In this document: piece after piece, positions 17,482 through 28,698 of the stretch
Layout of the letters: every line of letters begins with the position of its first letter
Numbering within the stretch: the first letter of the stretch is position 1
NCBI GenBank assembly: GCA_963822445.1
Contig: CAWGHO010000003.1
Location: 1-64,000 of the forward strand
Direction of reading: 5' to 3'
Length of the DNA stretch: 64,000 nucleotides
Source: an uncultured Acidobacteriota bacterium
Lineage (GTDB): Bacteria; Acidobacteriota; Thermoanaerobaculia; Gp7-AA8
The notes under the pieces: generated by a model
Told to the model about the DNA's origin: nothing
Databases searched by the model: none
What the model saw: the letters and a program-made list of their open reading frames with translations, nothing else
Made by a program: the position numbers and the translations under genes

Positions 17482-18234
17482 GCCGAGGGAGTCGGACGGT
17501 AGGTCGACGCAAAAAATCTCTGGATCGGTGCTGCGCAAAATGGAGATGTGAAGCGCAAACCAGTCTGAGGGCGAAGCCACTCCACCTTCCAGTCGCTGCC
17601 GTTCTCGAGCTGCAAAGACGAAGAAGCCGTTCTGCTCGAGGTCGTTGAGCGCGTCCTGGATTGACTTAACCGCCCTCACGGTGTCGAGAGGCTCGTCGGC
17701 TACGACGGCCCAGTCTGAAAGATCCTGGAGGAAACCACCGACCATTTCGACCTCTTCGGACGTCAGGTCGGCCGCGTGGTCCTGATACGACGCGTGGCAG
17801 ATGGAAGCGAGGTTAAACAGTTCGCGCGCCGACGTGACACGAACGAGTGCGACTGGCATCTCGTCCTTGATACGCCGGAGGCGAAGCGGCGGCACTGTCG
17901 GCGGTTCGGTTAGCTGTTGTTCCACCCACCTTTCATGATTGATCTTGATCGAACGGATAACATCGGCCGAATACGTTTCAACTTGGTCGTCCAGCATCTT
18001 GTGGTGCACGCGGCAGAGCAAAACAAGGTTGTCGAGCGAGTCGCATTCAGTCGCCGCAAGAGAGGGTAGATGCCGTGGACCTTCTGACGAACGCGAATGG
18101 ATGTGACATTCGTCTCCGACGACTGCCTCCAAGTCGAAGTCGGTTCTTTCGGCAACCAAAGGTGTTCGACAGATCGCACATCGGTTTCCCGACCGGCCCC
18201 ACAGAATCTTGCGCGTCTTATCAGAAATGCCCAT
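17476..18234 (-). CDS. HNH endonuclease with an uncharacterised C-terminal domain (gene cassette)
   Basis: LWGRSGNRCAIC, ECHI, NLVLLCRVHHKMLD; visibly more AT-rich; core site GTTAGAC at 18241-18247, 6 nt before the ATG. Confidence 0.85.
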   Translation of the reverse strand: MGISDKTRKILWGRSGNRCAICRTPLVAERTDFDLEAVVGDECHIHSRSSEGPRHLPSLAATECDSLDNLVLLCRVHHKMLDDQVETYSADVIRSIKINHERWVEQQLTEPPTVPPLRLRRIKDEMPVALVRVTSARELFNLASICHASYQDHAADLTSEEVEMVGGFLQDLSDWAVVADEPLDTVRAVKSIQDALNDLEQNGFFVFAARERQRLEGGVASPSDWFALHISILRSTDPEIFCVDLPSDSLGV

Positions 18235-18460
18235 TTCGACGTCTAACTATAACTAGAGAGCGATCCTGCCATCGCGATTTTGCTGCCTATCTGAGGCGTC
18301 TGCCCGGCTGGCTCGGCGATATTCGGTGCCGAGTGCCGACACCTTGAATTGACGCTCTCTCCGTGGCCAGTCAACAGGACTCCTTTCGATATAAGACGCA
18401 GCTGTGCCTCCAGAAATGCGGCTGAAGTTACATAGTCAGACCGGGACTCGGGGCAGCAAC

Positions 18461-18491
18461 AAAAAAAGGCGAGCCTCGCGGCTCGCCTTTT
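18461..18491 (-). terminator. groEL intrinsic terminator
   Basis: Minus strand AAAAGGCGAGCC-GCGA-GGCTCGCC-TTTTTTT. Confidence 0.85.
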
Positions 18492-18514
18492 CATTACAGC
18501 CTTGAAAGTAAGTC

Positions 18515-20477
<1,963 letters not shown>

Positions 20478-20558
20478 TTCTCCTTTCGTTTCAGCTACTT
20501 GAGGGATTCGCGGGCAGGACGCCCGCCATTCGGATTTGCTGTTTCCGGAGGTGAGTAT

Positions 20559-20585
20559 TTAGCACTCAACCTTCGAGAGTGCTAA
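20559..20585. promoter_or_regulatory. CIRCE operator (HrcA-binding)
   Basis: Perfect TTAGCACTC-N9-GAGTGCTAA upstream of groES. Confidence 0.97.
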
Positions 20586-20613
20586 CAATATGCGGGCGGA
20601 TTGATTTCGTCAA
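20585..20613 (-). promoter_or_regulatory. Sigma70-type promoter of groESL
   Basis: TTGACG-17 nt-TATTGT abutting the CIRCE. Confidence 0.75.
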
Positions 20614-20622
20614 GGGGCCGAG

Positions 20623-21630
20623 CTACAGCCGCGCCCGGTGGCGCCGCTTGCTCGGCCAGTGGATCCAGCCGCGGTACCAGAACCACCCCAGCATGAACAC
20701 CGCCGTGCCCAGCATCAGGCCCAGGGCGAACGGGTAGCCTTTCACCCATTTCAGCTCGGGCATGTGCTCGAAGTTCATCCCGTAAATGCCGGCGATGAGG
20801 GTGAGGGGCAGCATGATCGCCGAGAAGATGGTCAGCACCTTCATGATCTCGTTGGTGCGGTTGGCGATCACGGAGAGGTAGGCATCCATGGTCCCGGTCA
20901 TCTGCTCGCGGTCGACGTCGATGGTCTCGCTGATGCGGAACATGTGGTCGTACGCGTCGCGGAAGTAGATGAGGTGCTCGCGTTTGATGAAGGTCGCGTC
21001 GCCGCGCGAGATCTGGTTCAGGAGCTCGCGCTGCGGCAGGGAGTGGCGCCGCAGCACATTCAGATCGCGCTTGAGATGCAACAGCTCATCGAGCTGCGAA
21101 TCCTCGGCATGCTCGAAGATCTGATCCTGCAGTTGGTCCACGGCCTCTTCGAACTGCACGAGCAGCGGGAAGTGCGCGTCGACCATGATGTCGACGATCG
21201 AATAGAGGAGAAAGTCGACGCCGCGGGCGAGGATCCGCTTGTCGGCGGGCAACCGTGAATAGATCGAGTCCGCGGCAATGAGCGGCCGCCGGTGTACGGT
21301 GAAGACGAAGTTCCTGCCGAGGAACGCGGCGATCTTGAAGGTCTCCGAGGCGTGCTCGGAAAGATTCACGTCGACCGTGCGGAAGATGAAGAAGTCGTAG
21401 GTCGTGAAGGAGTCGTACTTCGGCAGCGTCGAGGGCGAGAGCGTGTCTTCCGCGGCCAGCTCGTGAAATCCGAACCGCTCCTCGAGAAGCGGTTCGATGA
21501 TCTCCTGCACCGGCTGTTCGATGTCGACCCACAGCAGGTTGTCGCCCTTCGGCGACCAGTCGTCGATGAGCTCCACGCCGCCCTGTTTGAGGGTGTTGTC
21601 GTCGAGGAGGGAGACGCGAATCTTTGTCAT
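20623..21630 (-). CDS. corA: Magnesium/cobalt transporter CorA
   Basis: WVDI, FGFHELAAED, NEIMKVLT, YGMNFEHMPEL. Confidence 0.95.
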   Translation of the reverse strand: MTKIRVSLLDDNTLKQGGVELIDDWSPKGDNLLWVDIEQPVQEIIEPLLEERFGFHELAAEDTLSPSTLPKYDSFTTYDFFIFRTVDVNLSEHASETFKIAAFLGRNFVFTVHRRPLIAADSIYSRLPADKRILARGVDFLLYSIVDIMVDAHFPLLVQFEEAVDQLQDQIFEHAEDSQLDELLHLKRDLNVLRRHSLPQRELLNQISRGDATFIKREHLIYFRDAYDHMFRISETIDVDREQMTGTMDAYLSVIANRTNEIMKVLTIFSAIMLPLTLIAGIYGMNFEHMPELKWVKGYPFALGLMLGTAVFMLGWFWYRGWIHWPSKRRHRARL

Positions 21631-21665
21631 GAACAGTAGGCAGTACGCGCGGCTGCGCCGCGCTC

Positions 21666-21740
21666 GCGGTAGGCGGTAGGCAGGAGAACGTGGGCAGGGT
21701 GGCGGTCCCCTGCCTACCGCCTACTGCCCACCGCCTACTG
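21666..21740. repeat. Inverted heptamer tandem-repeat element (GCGGTAG/CTACCGC)
   Basis: GCGGTAG GCGGTAG GCAG...CCTACCG CCTACTG CCCACCG CCTACTG; sibling at 22965-23038. Confidence 0.75.
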
Positions 21741-21743
21741 ATT

Positions 21744-22859
21744 TCACAGCAGATCCGTCAACGCCGTGTACTTCCGCGCCTGCGAAGTGGCCACGGCCTC
21801 ATACGTGATCTCCCCTTTGTACACATTCACCCCCTCGGCCAGGCCGGGGTTTTCGCGGACGGCTTTGTCGAAGCCCTGGTTCGCGAGCATGCGCGTGTAG
21901 GGGAGGGTGGCGTTGGTGAGGGCGATCGTGGAGGTGCGCGGCACGGCGCCGGGCATGTTGGCGACGCAGTAGTGCACGACGCCGTCGACTTCGTACACGG
22001 GGTTCGAGTGCGTGGTCGGATGGGCGGTCTCGACGCAGCCGCCCTGGTCGATGGCCACGTCGACGATGACGCTGCCCTTCTTCATCTCGCTGATCATCGC
22101 CCGGGTCACGAGCTTCGGCGCGGCCGCGCCGGGAATCAGCACGCCGCCGATGAGGAGGTCCGCGCGACGGACTGCTTCGGCGATGTAGGCCTTGTTCGAC
22201 GCGAGGGTCTGCACTTCGCCGCGGAAGATGTCGTCGAGCTGGCGAAGGCGATCGAGGTTGGTGTCGAGGATGGTCACGCGCGCGCCGAGGCCGACGGCCA
22301 TCTTCGCCGCGTTCGTGCCGACGACACCGCCGCCGATGATGGCCACGTCCGCGGGAAGGGTTCCGGGGACGCCGCCGAGGAGAACGCCGCGGCCGCCCAG
22401 AGGCTTGTGCAGGTAGTACGCGCCGACGTGCACGGACATGCGGCCCGCGACTTCGGACATCGGCGTGAGCAGCGGCAGGGTGCGCTTCCGCTCATCGGTG
22501 ATGGTCTCGTAGGCAACGCCGGTGATTTTCTTCTTCAGCAGCGACTCGGTGAGATCGGGAACCGGGGCGAGGTGGAGATAGGTGAAGAGAAGCTGGCCGT
22601 CCTTGAGGCGTTTCAGGTCCGCCTCGATCGGCTCTTTGACCTTCACGATCATCTCGGCTTCGTTGTAGACCGCGTCGGCGTCGGGAAGGATCTTCGCGCC
22701 GGCGGCGAGGTACTCCTCGTCGGTGAAGCCGCTGCCGAGGCCCGCGCCTTTCTGAATGAGGACCTCATGGCCGTGAGAGGTGAGGTCCTGCGCGCCGGGC
22801 GGGGTCATGCCCACGCGATACTCGTTGTCTTTGATCTCGGTCGGTACGCCGATCCGCAT
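21744..22859 (-). CDS. ald: Alanine dehydrogenase
   Basis: [61 protein letters not shown]. Confidence 0.97.
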   Translation of the reverse strand: MRIGVPTEIKDNEYRVGMTPPGAQDLTSHGHEVLIQKGAGLGSGFTDEEYLAAGAKILPDADAVYNEAEMIVKVKEPIEADLKRLKDGQLLFTYLHLAPVPDLTESLLKKKITGVAYETITDERKRTLPLLTPMSEVAGRMSVHVGAYYLHKPLGGRGVLLGGVPGTLPADVAIIGGGVVGTNAAKMAVGLGARVTILDTNLDRLRQLDDIFRGEVQTLASNKAYIAEAVRRADLLIGGVLIPGAAAPKLVTRAMISEMKKGSVIVDVAIDQGGCVETAHPTTHSNPVYEVDGVVHYCVANMPGAVPRTSTIALTNATLPYTRMLANQGFDKAVRENPGLAEGVNVYKGEITYEAVATSQARKYTALTDLL

Positions 22860-22964
22860 TGTGGTGAGTCTCCTCGCGTGCACGGAGTGCGAGGCAGAGC
22901 CCCGCGTGCAACGGGCGCGTATTGTATTCGTTCGGTATGCGGTACGCGCGACTGCGTCGCGCTC

Positions 22965-23038
22965 GCGGTAGGCGGCAGGCGGTGGAACGGGGCGGCCGGC
23001 GGTCTCCCGCCTACCGCCGACTGCCTACCGCCTACTGA
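22965..23038. repeat. Inverted heptamer tandem-repeat element (GCGGTAG/CTACCGC)
   Basis: GCGGTAG GCGGCAG GCGGTGG...CCTACCG CCGACTG CCTACCG CCTACTGA. Confidence 0.75.
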
Positions 23039-23039
23039 C

Positions 23040-24707
23040 TCAGTGCTTGGCGCCGCGCCGCTTCGACGGCGGAATCGGATCGGTCGGCGGCAGACCGAAT
23101 GCGGCCGGTGCGACGTAACGCGCGGCCGCGGCCAGATCGAGCATGCCCCAGCCGGTGAGCAGGTCCCAGCCTTCGTCGTGAAGATCAGCCGCGGTCCTTT
23201 CGATGACGAGGCTGACCTGCGCGGCGTTGAGATCCGGTGCGAGCGACAGCAGCAGCGCGACCGCGCCGGTGACGTGCGGCGTGGCCATCGAGGTGCCGCT
23301 CATCGGGCCGTAGTCTTCCTGGCGGAAGCCGACGGTGACGGTCTTGTTCAGCCAGTCCTTCAGCTTCGCGCCGTCGGCGACGGTTGTGCCGACGGTGAGC
23401 GGGAAGCGATAGTTCTCCCATTCCGGCGGAATCGAGCAGCCGCTCGAGGTGCACTCCTTGAAGACCATCGTCCAGTTGCCGACGTCGACCGACATCTCCG
23501 GGACGTTGTAGATCACGACCGCCGCGGCACCGGCTTCCTTCGCGTTGCGCGCTTTTTCGCGGAACGGGAAGACGCCGCGCTTGATGAAAGCGATCTTGCC
23601 GCGAATGCTCGTGGGAAAGTCTTCGGGATACCCCAGACCGCAATCGATCATCCTGCCGGTGACCGTGCCGTACGGCGAGCCATCGATACCCACCGCGTCG
23701 ACGAGCGCGCTCTGATTGAGCACGTCCGCCGTCGTCACCGAGCCGTTGCGATACGTGGAGATGACGGCGACGCCCGGCGCGACGACGGACATGCCCGGGC
23801 CGAACGTCGAGAACGCGGCCAGCGCGTTCTTGTTGTCGCTCGCTCCGACTCCGATCACGCCGGTGTACGCGGCGGGATAGTTGAGATAAGGAGCGCCGGT
23901 GTTGCCCGTGGCGGCGACGATGACGATGTCCGCCGCCAGCGCGCGGTTGATGGCGATGTTCTCGACCCGCGAACCGTACTTCGACCCGAGGGACAGGTTG
24001 ACGACCCAGCGGCCGCCGACTTCCTCCGCTTTGGAGATGACCCAGTCGAGACCCGCGGTGAGCGTCTCCGCGGTGCCTCTGCCCCGCTCGTCGAGCACTT
24101 TCACCGCCCACAGCTTCACGCTCGGAGCGATGCCCACGACGCCGAACCCGTTGTCCGCCGCGGCGATCGTGCCGGCGACGTGCGTGCCGTGATGATGATC
24201 GTCCAGCGGCAACGCCAGCGGATCGAAGGTGTTGTAGCCGCCGGCGAACGCGGGAGCGAGGTCCGGGTGCTCGTAGTCGATGCCGGTATCCACCACAGCC
24301 ACGTTGACGTTGGGCGATCCCTTGGTCACGGCCCAGACGTCGGGCGCGCCGATGACCGGCACGCCCCAGGGAACGACCTGCTCGCGCGTGTAGCTTGTCG
24401 CGTTCGCGGTGATCGGAGCGGGATCGTCGAAGCCGAAGATGTGGCGCTCGACGACCGGCTCGATGATCTCGACTTCTCCCGACTTCTGCAGCTCCGCTAC
24501 TTCCTCGAGGGTCAGGTCCGCGGCGAAGGCGTTGATGTTCCTGAACGTGCGTACGCGGTGACTGGCGATGTCGACGGCGTTCGTCGTCAGACGCAGTCCG
24601 CCTTTGCGCGGTGCGTTCTTCGTCGAGATCAGATATCGCTGCGTTTCGGCGGCGAGTGCCCCGGTTGCGGTGAGCGCGAGAAAGGCGAGAGCCAGAAGTC
24701 GTTTCAT
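23040..24707 (-). CDS. Secreted subtilisin-like S8 protease with I9 prodomain and PA domain
   Basis: VAVVDTG, HGTHVAG, SGTSMATPHV; PA insert GKIAFIKRG...KARNA; ends PPSKRRGAKH. Confidence 0.93.
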   Translation of the reverse strand: MKRLLALAFLALTATGALAAETQRYLISTKNAPRKGGLRLTTNAVDIASHRVRTFRNINAFAADLTLEEVAELQKSGEVEIIEPVVERHIFGFDDPAPITANATSYTREQVVPWGVPVIGAPDVWAVTKGSPNVNVAVVDTGIDYEHPDLAPAFAGGYNTFDPLALPLDDHHHGTHVAGTIAAADNGFGVVGIAPSVKLWAVKVLDERGRGTAETLTAGLDWVISKAEEVGGRWVVNLSLGSKYGSRVENIAINRALAADIVIVAATGNTGAPYLNYPAAYTGVIGVGASDNKNALAAFSTFGPGMSVVAPGVAVISTYRNGSVTTADVLNQSALVDAVGIDGSPYGTVTGRMIDCGLGYPEDFPTSIRGKIAFIKRGVFPFREKARNAKEAGAAAVVIYNVPEMSVDVGNWTMVFKECTSSGCSIPPEWENYRFPLTVGTTVADGAKLKDWLNKTVTVGFRQEDYGPMSGTSMATPHVTGAVALLLSLAPDLNAAQVSLVIERTAADLHDEGWDLLTGWGMLDLAAAARYVAPAAFGLPPTDPIPPSKRRGAKH

Positions 24708-24726
24708 GGTTTTCAAAGAGTCTACG

Positions 24727-26160
24727 TCAGCGTTTGAGAATGCGGCGGCCGGAGCGGGCAGGAAGGGTCCAGCCGATGTCGAGGAGCTGGTGGAGCGTGA
24801 GATCGAGACCGTGCAGCAGATCGGAGTTCACGCTCGGCTCCATGAGCAGGTTCGGACTGGCAACGGTGTCCCAGTGATACGTCGAGGAACCCGGATCCTG
24901 CGTGCAGGGGGCGTAGAGGCGCATGTAGCCTTCGTTGGTTGCGCCCGCGAGCTGCGACGGATCGACACGCAACGTTCCGTTGACCTGCGCGTTTGCAAGG
25001 AGTTGGGCTTTCAGCGCGTCGCCGTCGACCGTGGACACGCTGACGACCGGGATGCGTACTTCCGGCTCGTTGCCGGCCATCCCCGGCGGGTAGCAGGTCA
25101 CGTCGCGCGTTGGCGAAGGCATGTCGGCGATGATCACGCCGGCAGCACCGGCAGCCTGCGCGTTCAGAGCCTTGACGACGAACGTGCAGCTGTTGCGATC
25201 GATGAGTGCGATTTTGCCCGCGACCTCCGCGGCATTGGTCAACGCCGAGCAGCCATCGGTAGTCGACGTGCTGGTCGCGTCTGTTCCGTCGAGTGCGCGG
25301 ACGATCTGACCGGAGAGCGCGCTCTTGCTGGCGGCCGGACCGAACGCCGCCGTGCCGATGTCGTAATTGCGAGCCACCGGCGCGGGCTGCGTCACGGTCA
25401 GGGTCGTGACCGGGGTGACGAAGCGATTGGCGTGGTCGCGCGTGTTCGGCCCGATCCAGAGAAGGTTGCCGGTGTTCGTGACCGAGGCCTTGCGCTGATC
25501 GACCGTCATCTGATTCCACTGCAGGCCGACCTTGGCGTCGAACATGTGCGTCTCGAACACCGAGGGGCGGTTGTCGGCGAACGTTGCGCCGCGGCCGGCG
25601 AAGCCGAGGCCGTGGGCGAGCTCGTGCAGGACGACCACGAAGAGATCGACGTCGTCGCCGTGATTGCCATCGAGCCCGTAGTACCAGTCCGAGTTGGCGG
25701 TGCTCAGGCACTCGGGCTTGTCGACGTCGGCGTTGAAGGTCGCCTGAATGTCATCGCGGACGTCGAGGTCGACGCCGGAGAGCTTGTTCGCCAGCGGCGC
25801 GGGATACCAGACGTTCTGCTGCGGGGCGCCGGGAAAGCTGTGCTTCCAGTACATCGGGCCGGCGGCGCCGAGGACCGCTTCGTTCGCGGTGCACTCGCCG
25901 ATCGGCGCGAAAGTGGAGGCCACGATGATGTCGACGTTCGTGTCGATCGCGTTCTGCCAGCGCCGGGCTGCTTCCTCGAAGATGAAGAGGCGCTGCGCGC
26001 CGAGCGTGGTGCCGGGATTTCCGCCAACCGGCGCGACCGGGGTCTGGTCGTCGAAGCCGATGCCTTTGGCGTCGAGATTCCGGATGATGATTCTTCCGGT
26101 TCCCGCCGAAACATTCAGGGCGAGAACGAGGAGTGCTGCGAGAAAGGGGAGTCGGCGCAT
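24727..26160 (-). CDS. Secreted zinc metallopeptidase with PA domain
   Basis: Signal peptide; VVLHELAHGLGF; PA insert GKIALIDRNSCTFVVKALNAQAAGA; NLLMEP; ends PARSGRRILKR. Confidence 0.8.
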   Translation of the reverse strand: MRRLPFLAALLVLALNVSAGTGRIIIRNLDAKGIGFDDQTPVAPVGGNPGTTLGAQRLFIFEEAARRWQNAIDTNVDIIVASTFAPIGECTANEAVLGAAGPMYWKHSFPGAPQQNVWYPAPLANKLSGVDLDVRDDIQATFNADVDKPECLSTANSDWYYGLDGNHGDDVDLFVVVLHELAHGLGFAGRGATFADNRPSVFETHMFDAKVGLQWNQMTVDQRKASVTNTGNLLWIGPNTRDHANRFVTPVTTLTVTQPAPVARNYDIGTAAFGPAASKSALSGQIVRALDGTDATSTSTTDGCSALTNAAEVAGKIALIDRNSCTFVVKALNAQAAGAAGVIIADMPSPTRDVTCYPPGMAGNEPEVRIPVVSVSTVDGDALKAQLLANAQVNGTLRVDPSQLAGATNEGYMRLYAPCTQDPGSSTYHWDTVASPNLLMEPSVNSDLLHGLDLTLHQLLDIGWTLPARSGRRILKR

Positions 26161-26165
26161 CGGAG

Positions 26166-26525
26166 TTATTTCTCCTCCGCGGCTTTGGCGCGGATCTTCG
26201 CGATGGGCGCGGCCAGGAAGCGGGTCGCCGCTTCCTTCGAGTCGACGCAGGCCATGACCGGCTTGCCGTCCTTGACCCGGGCGACCATCAGCTGAAGCGA
26301 CGGACCGTCGGTCGTGCCTTCTTCAGTGGCCGCCGCAAAGATGGCCGCGATCGAGGCGTCGAGGGGAGTGGCCGTCCCGGCCGCATCGCGCTGGGCCTCG
26401 GGCCCGGCGCTGGGTACCGTACACACGTCATCGGTGTGCGCGCCATCGGCGGCCATTGCCGGCGTGGCGAACAGAGCAACGAGCGCGATTGCGAACACGC
26501 TCGCCATGAAAAGACGTCCTGCCAT
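26166..26525 (-). CDS. Small secreted protein upstream of the PA metallopeptidase
   Basis: AGGAGG RBS; signal peptide; LMVARVKDGKPVMACVDS motif; 5 nt gap to the peptidase gene. Confidence 0.7.
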   Translation of the reverse strand: MAGRLFMASVFAIALVALFATPAMAADGAHTDDVCTVPSAGPEAQRDAAGTATPLDASIAAIFAAATEEGTTDGPSLQLMVARVKDGKPVMACVDSKEAATRFLAAPIAKIRAKAAEEK

Positions 26526-26611
26526 TGCTGCCTCCTGGTGTGGGACCTGGACTGAAAACGGAATGTTATTTTACACAAGCGCGCGAGGGAAACAATTCCG
26601 CGTCCGGAGAC

Positions 26612-28228
26612 TCAACGGCGTCCGCGTTTGCCTAGCGGCCGGCCGGTGGTCGGTCCGACCGGAAACGCGGACGGCGCCAGGAGTCTGGCGGCCGCGAGCA
26701 CGTCGACCACACCCGCGCCGTACGCCACGTCATGACCCGCCGGCCCGCGATCCTTCGCCGTGGCGATGAGCGCGTTCGCGACGTCGGCGGCACTGGCTTG
26801 CGGCGCCATGCCCCACAGCAGTGCCGCCGCTCCGCTGACATGCGGCGCGGCCATCGACGTGCCGCTGGTGACGAAGTAGTCGTCGGGATCGTTCATGACC
26901 GTGATCGGTCCGGTGTCCTTCAGCAGGGCCTCGCCGTCTTTGAGGGTCAGGCCGAGCACGACCGGAAACTTGTACGTGCTCACCCAGGGGTTGTCCTTGA
27001 CGTCGAGGAGCGTCCAGTTGGTGCCGGTCGTGTCGTCGTTGTTGTAGATGATCACCGCGGCCGCGCCGGCCTCCACCGCGTTGCGCGCTTTCACCGCGAA
27101 CACGATCTCGCCCCGCTTGATCACAGCAATCTTTCCCCGAACCGACGCCGGAAACTCGTCGGGCCGCCCGAAACCGCAGTCGACGAAATCGGCGGTGACC
27201 TGGCCCGCAGTCGAGCCCGTGACGGGATCGGCCTGGTATTCATCGCGGCTGCTGCGAACGCTGGTGATGAAAACACTGCCGACCGGTGCGGTGGAAAGGA
27301 TCTCCACGCCAGGCGCCACGAGATCGAGCTCCGCGCCCTGGTTCGAAAAATCGGCGACGTTCAGGTTCTGATCGACGGCACCGACCGCGAGCACGCCCGG
27401 ATAGGCGGCCGGATACGCGACCGCGGCCTTCACTTCAGCGAAGGATTCGTTTCCCGACGCGGCGATGACGAGGATGCCGGCATCGATGGCCCGGTTGATC
27501 GACTCCCGTTCGGCAGCGCTGGGGTTCGCCGCGCCGAGGGAGAGATTCATGATCCAGTTGCCGCCGACTTCCTTCCTCTTGGCGACCACCCAATCGATGC
27601 CCTTCACGACCATCTCTGTCGTTCCGGAGCCGACCGGATTCAGGACCCGCACGCCCCAGAGCCGCACACCCGGCGCGACGCCGACCACGCCGGTGTTGTT
27701 GTCGGCCGCGGTGATCGTGCCGGCGATGTGCGTTCCATGGCCATGCTCATCGGTCTGGACGGCGGTGGGGTCGTACAGATTGATGCCGCCGGCCCAGAAC
27801 TCTTTCAACTCGTCATGCCTGGAGTCGACGCCGCTGTCGACGACGGCCACGTTCACGACACCGGTGCGGCGGCCGGACCACGCTTCGCGGGCGTGAACGA
27901 CGTCGACGCCGTAGGGGACGGTCTGCCCACCCGGATTGCGGGGAACGGCGAAGGCGTGACGCTCGAGGACCGGCTCGACCCAGCGCACTTCGCGGGACGT
28001 GCGAAGCGCCGCGACTTCGGATGCGGTCAGATCGGCCGCGAATCCGTCGAAGGTTTGAAAGCCGGCGACGGCTCGGGGAGAGACGGTATTGCGCAGGTCG
28101 CGGATCACCGCGCGAACGGCATCGTTGCGGAAGGGCCGCTTCGTGGCGACGAGGTATCGCTGCGCGTCCTCTGCGAAAGCCGCAGTGGAGCCGAGCAGCA
28201 ACAGCATCGCCACGGTGGTCCGTTTCAT
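26612..28228 (-). CDS. Secreted subtilisin-like S8 protease with PA domain (paralog of 23040-24707)
   Basis: VAVVDSG, HGTHIAG, SGTSMAAPHV; PA insert; ends PTTGRPLGKRGRR. Confidence 0.93.
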   Translation of the reverse strand: MKRTTVAMLLLLGSTAAFAEDAQRYLVATKRPFRNDAVRAVIRDLRNTVSPRAVAGFQTFDGFAADLTASEVAALRTSREVRWVEPVLERHAFAVPRNPGGQTVPYGVDVVHAREAWSGRRTGVVNVAVVDSGVDSRHDELKEFWAGGINLYDPTAVQTDEHGHGTHIAGTITAADNNTGVVGVAPGVRLWGVRVLNPVGSGTTEMVVKGIDWVVAKRKEVGGNWIMNLSLGAANPSAAERESINRAIDAGILVIAASGNESFAEVKAAVAYPAAYPGVLAVGAVDQNLNVADFSNQGAELDLVAPGVEILSTAPVGSVFITSVRSSRDEYQADPVTGSTAGQVTADFVDCGFGRPDEFPASVRGKIAVIKRGEIVFAVKARNAVEAGAAAVIIYNNDDTTGTNWTLLDVKDNPWVSTYKFPVVLGLTLKDGEALLKDTGPITVMNDPDDYFVTSGTSMAAPHVSGAAALLWGMAPQASAADVANALIATAKDRGPAGHDVAYGAGVVDVLAAARLLAPSAFPVGPTTGRPLGKRGRR

Positions 28229-28253
28229 GCGAGAAAGATTACCCTACGCTGCT

Positions 28254-28697
28254 ATGACCGACTGGAAACAGAACATCATCAACGACTCGCGCGGCATTGC
28301 CGAACTGCTGCGCGAAACCAAAACCATCGCCGTGCTGGGTATCAAGCCGGAGTCGCATTCGTCGCAGGCGGCGTTCTACGTTCCCGCGCACATGGACGCG
28401 GCCGGCTTCGAGATCATTCCCGTCCCCACCTATTTCCCCGACCTGACCGAGATCATGGGCAAGCCGGTCTTCCGCACCCTGGCCTCCATCGGCCGCCCGA
28501 TCGACATGGTGAATGTCTTCCGGCGCCCGTCGGACATCCCCCCGCATGTGGACGACATCCTCGCCGCGAAGCCGAAGAGCGTCTGGCTGCAGCTGGGCAT
28601 CCGGCACGATGAATCCGCGCAGCGCCTGGCCGAGGCGGGGATCAAGGTCGTGCAGGACCGCTGTCTGATGGTGGAGCATGGGCGGTTGATGAGGTGA
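28254..28697 (+). CDS. CoA-binding protein (YccU-like)
   Basis: TIAVLG, IDMVNVFR, VWLQLGI, VVQDRCLMVEH. Confidence 0.9.
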   Translation: MTDWKQNIINDSRGIAELLRETKTIAVLGIKPESHSSQAAFYVPAHMDAAGFEIIPVPTYFPDLTEIMGKPVFRTLASIGRPIDMVNVFRRPSDIPPHVDDILAAKPKSVWLQLGIRHDESAQRLAEAGIKVVQDRCLMVEHGRLMR

Positions 28698-28698
28698 G

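Noticed and set aside
18248-18460. Possible intI remnant or attI upstream of the HNH cassette
   Set aside because: No tyrosine-recombinase motifs recognised; only the GTTAGAC core site is supportable
12733-18491. Near-identical hairpins at 12733 and 18461 as ends of a mobile element
   Set aside because: Both are well explained as intrinsic terminators of adjacent genes; no transposase or target duplication seen
21690-24737. 1015-aa plus-strand ORF, and similar long ORFs (18953-20230, 35114-38065, 41382-43550)
   Set aside because: Antisense shadows of well-supported genes, typical of high-GC DNA; no recognisable motifs
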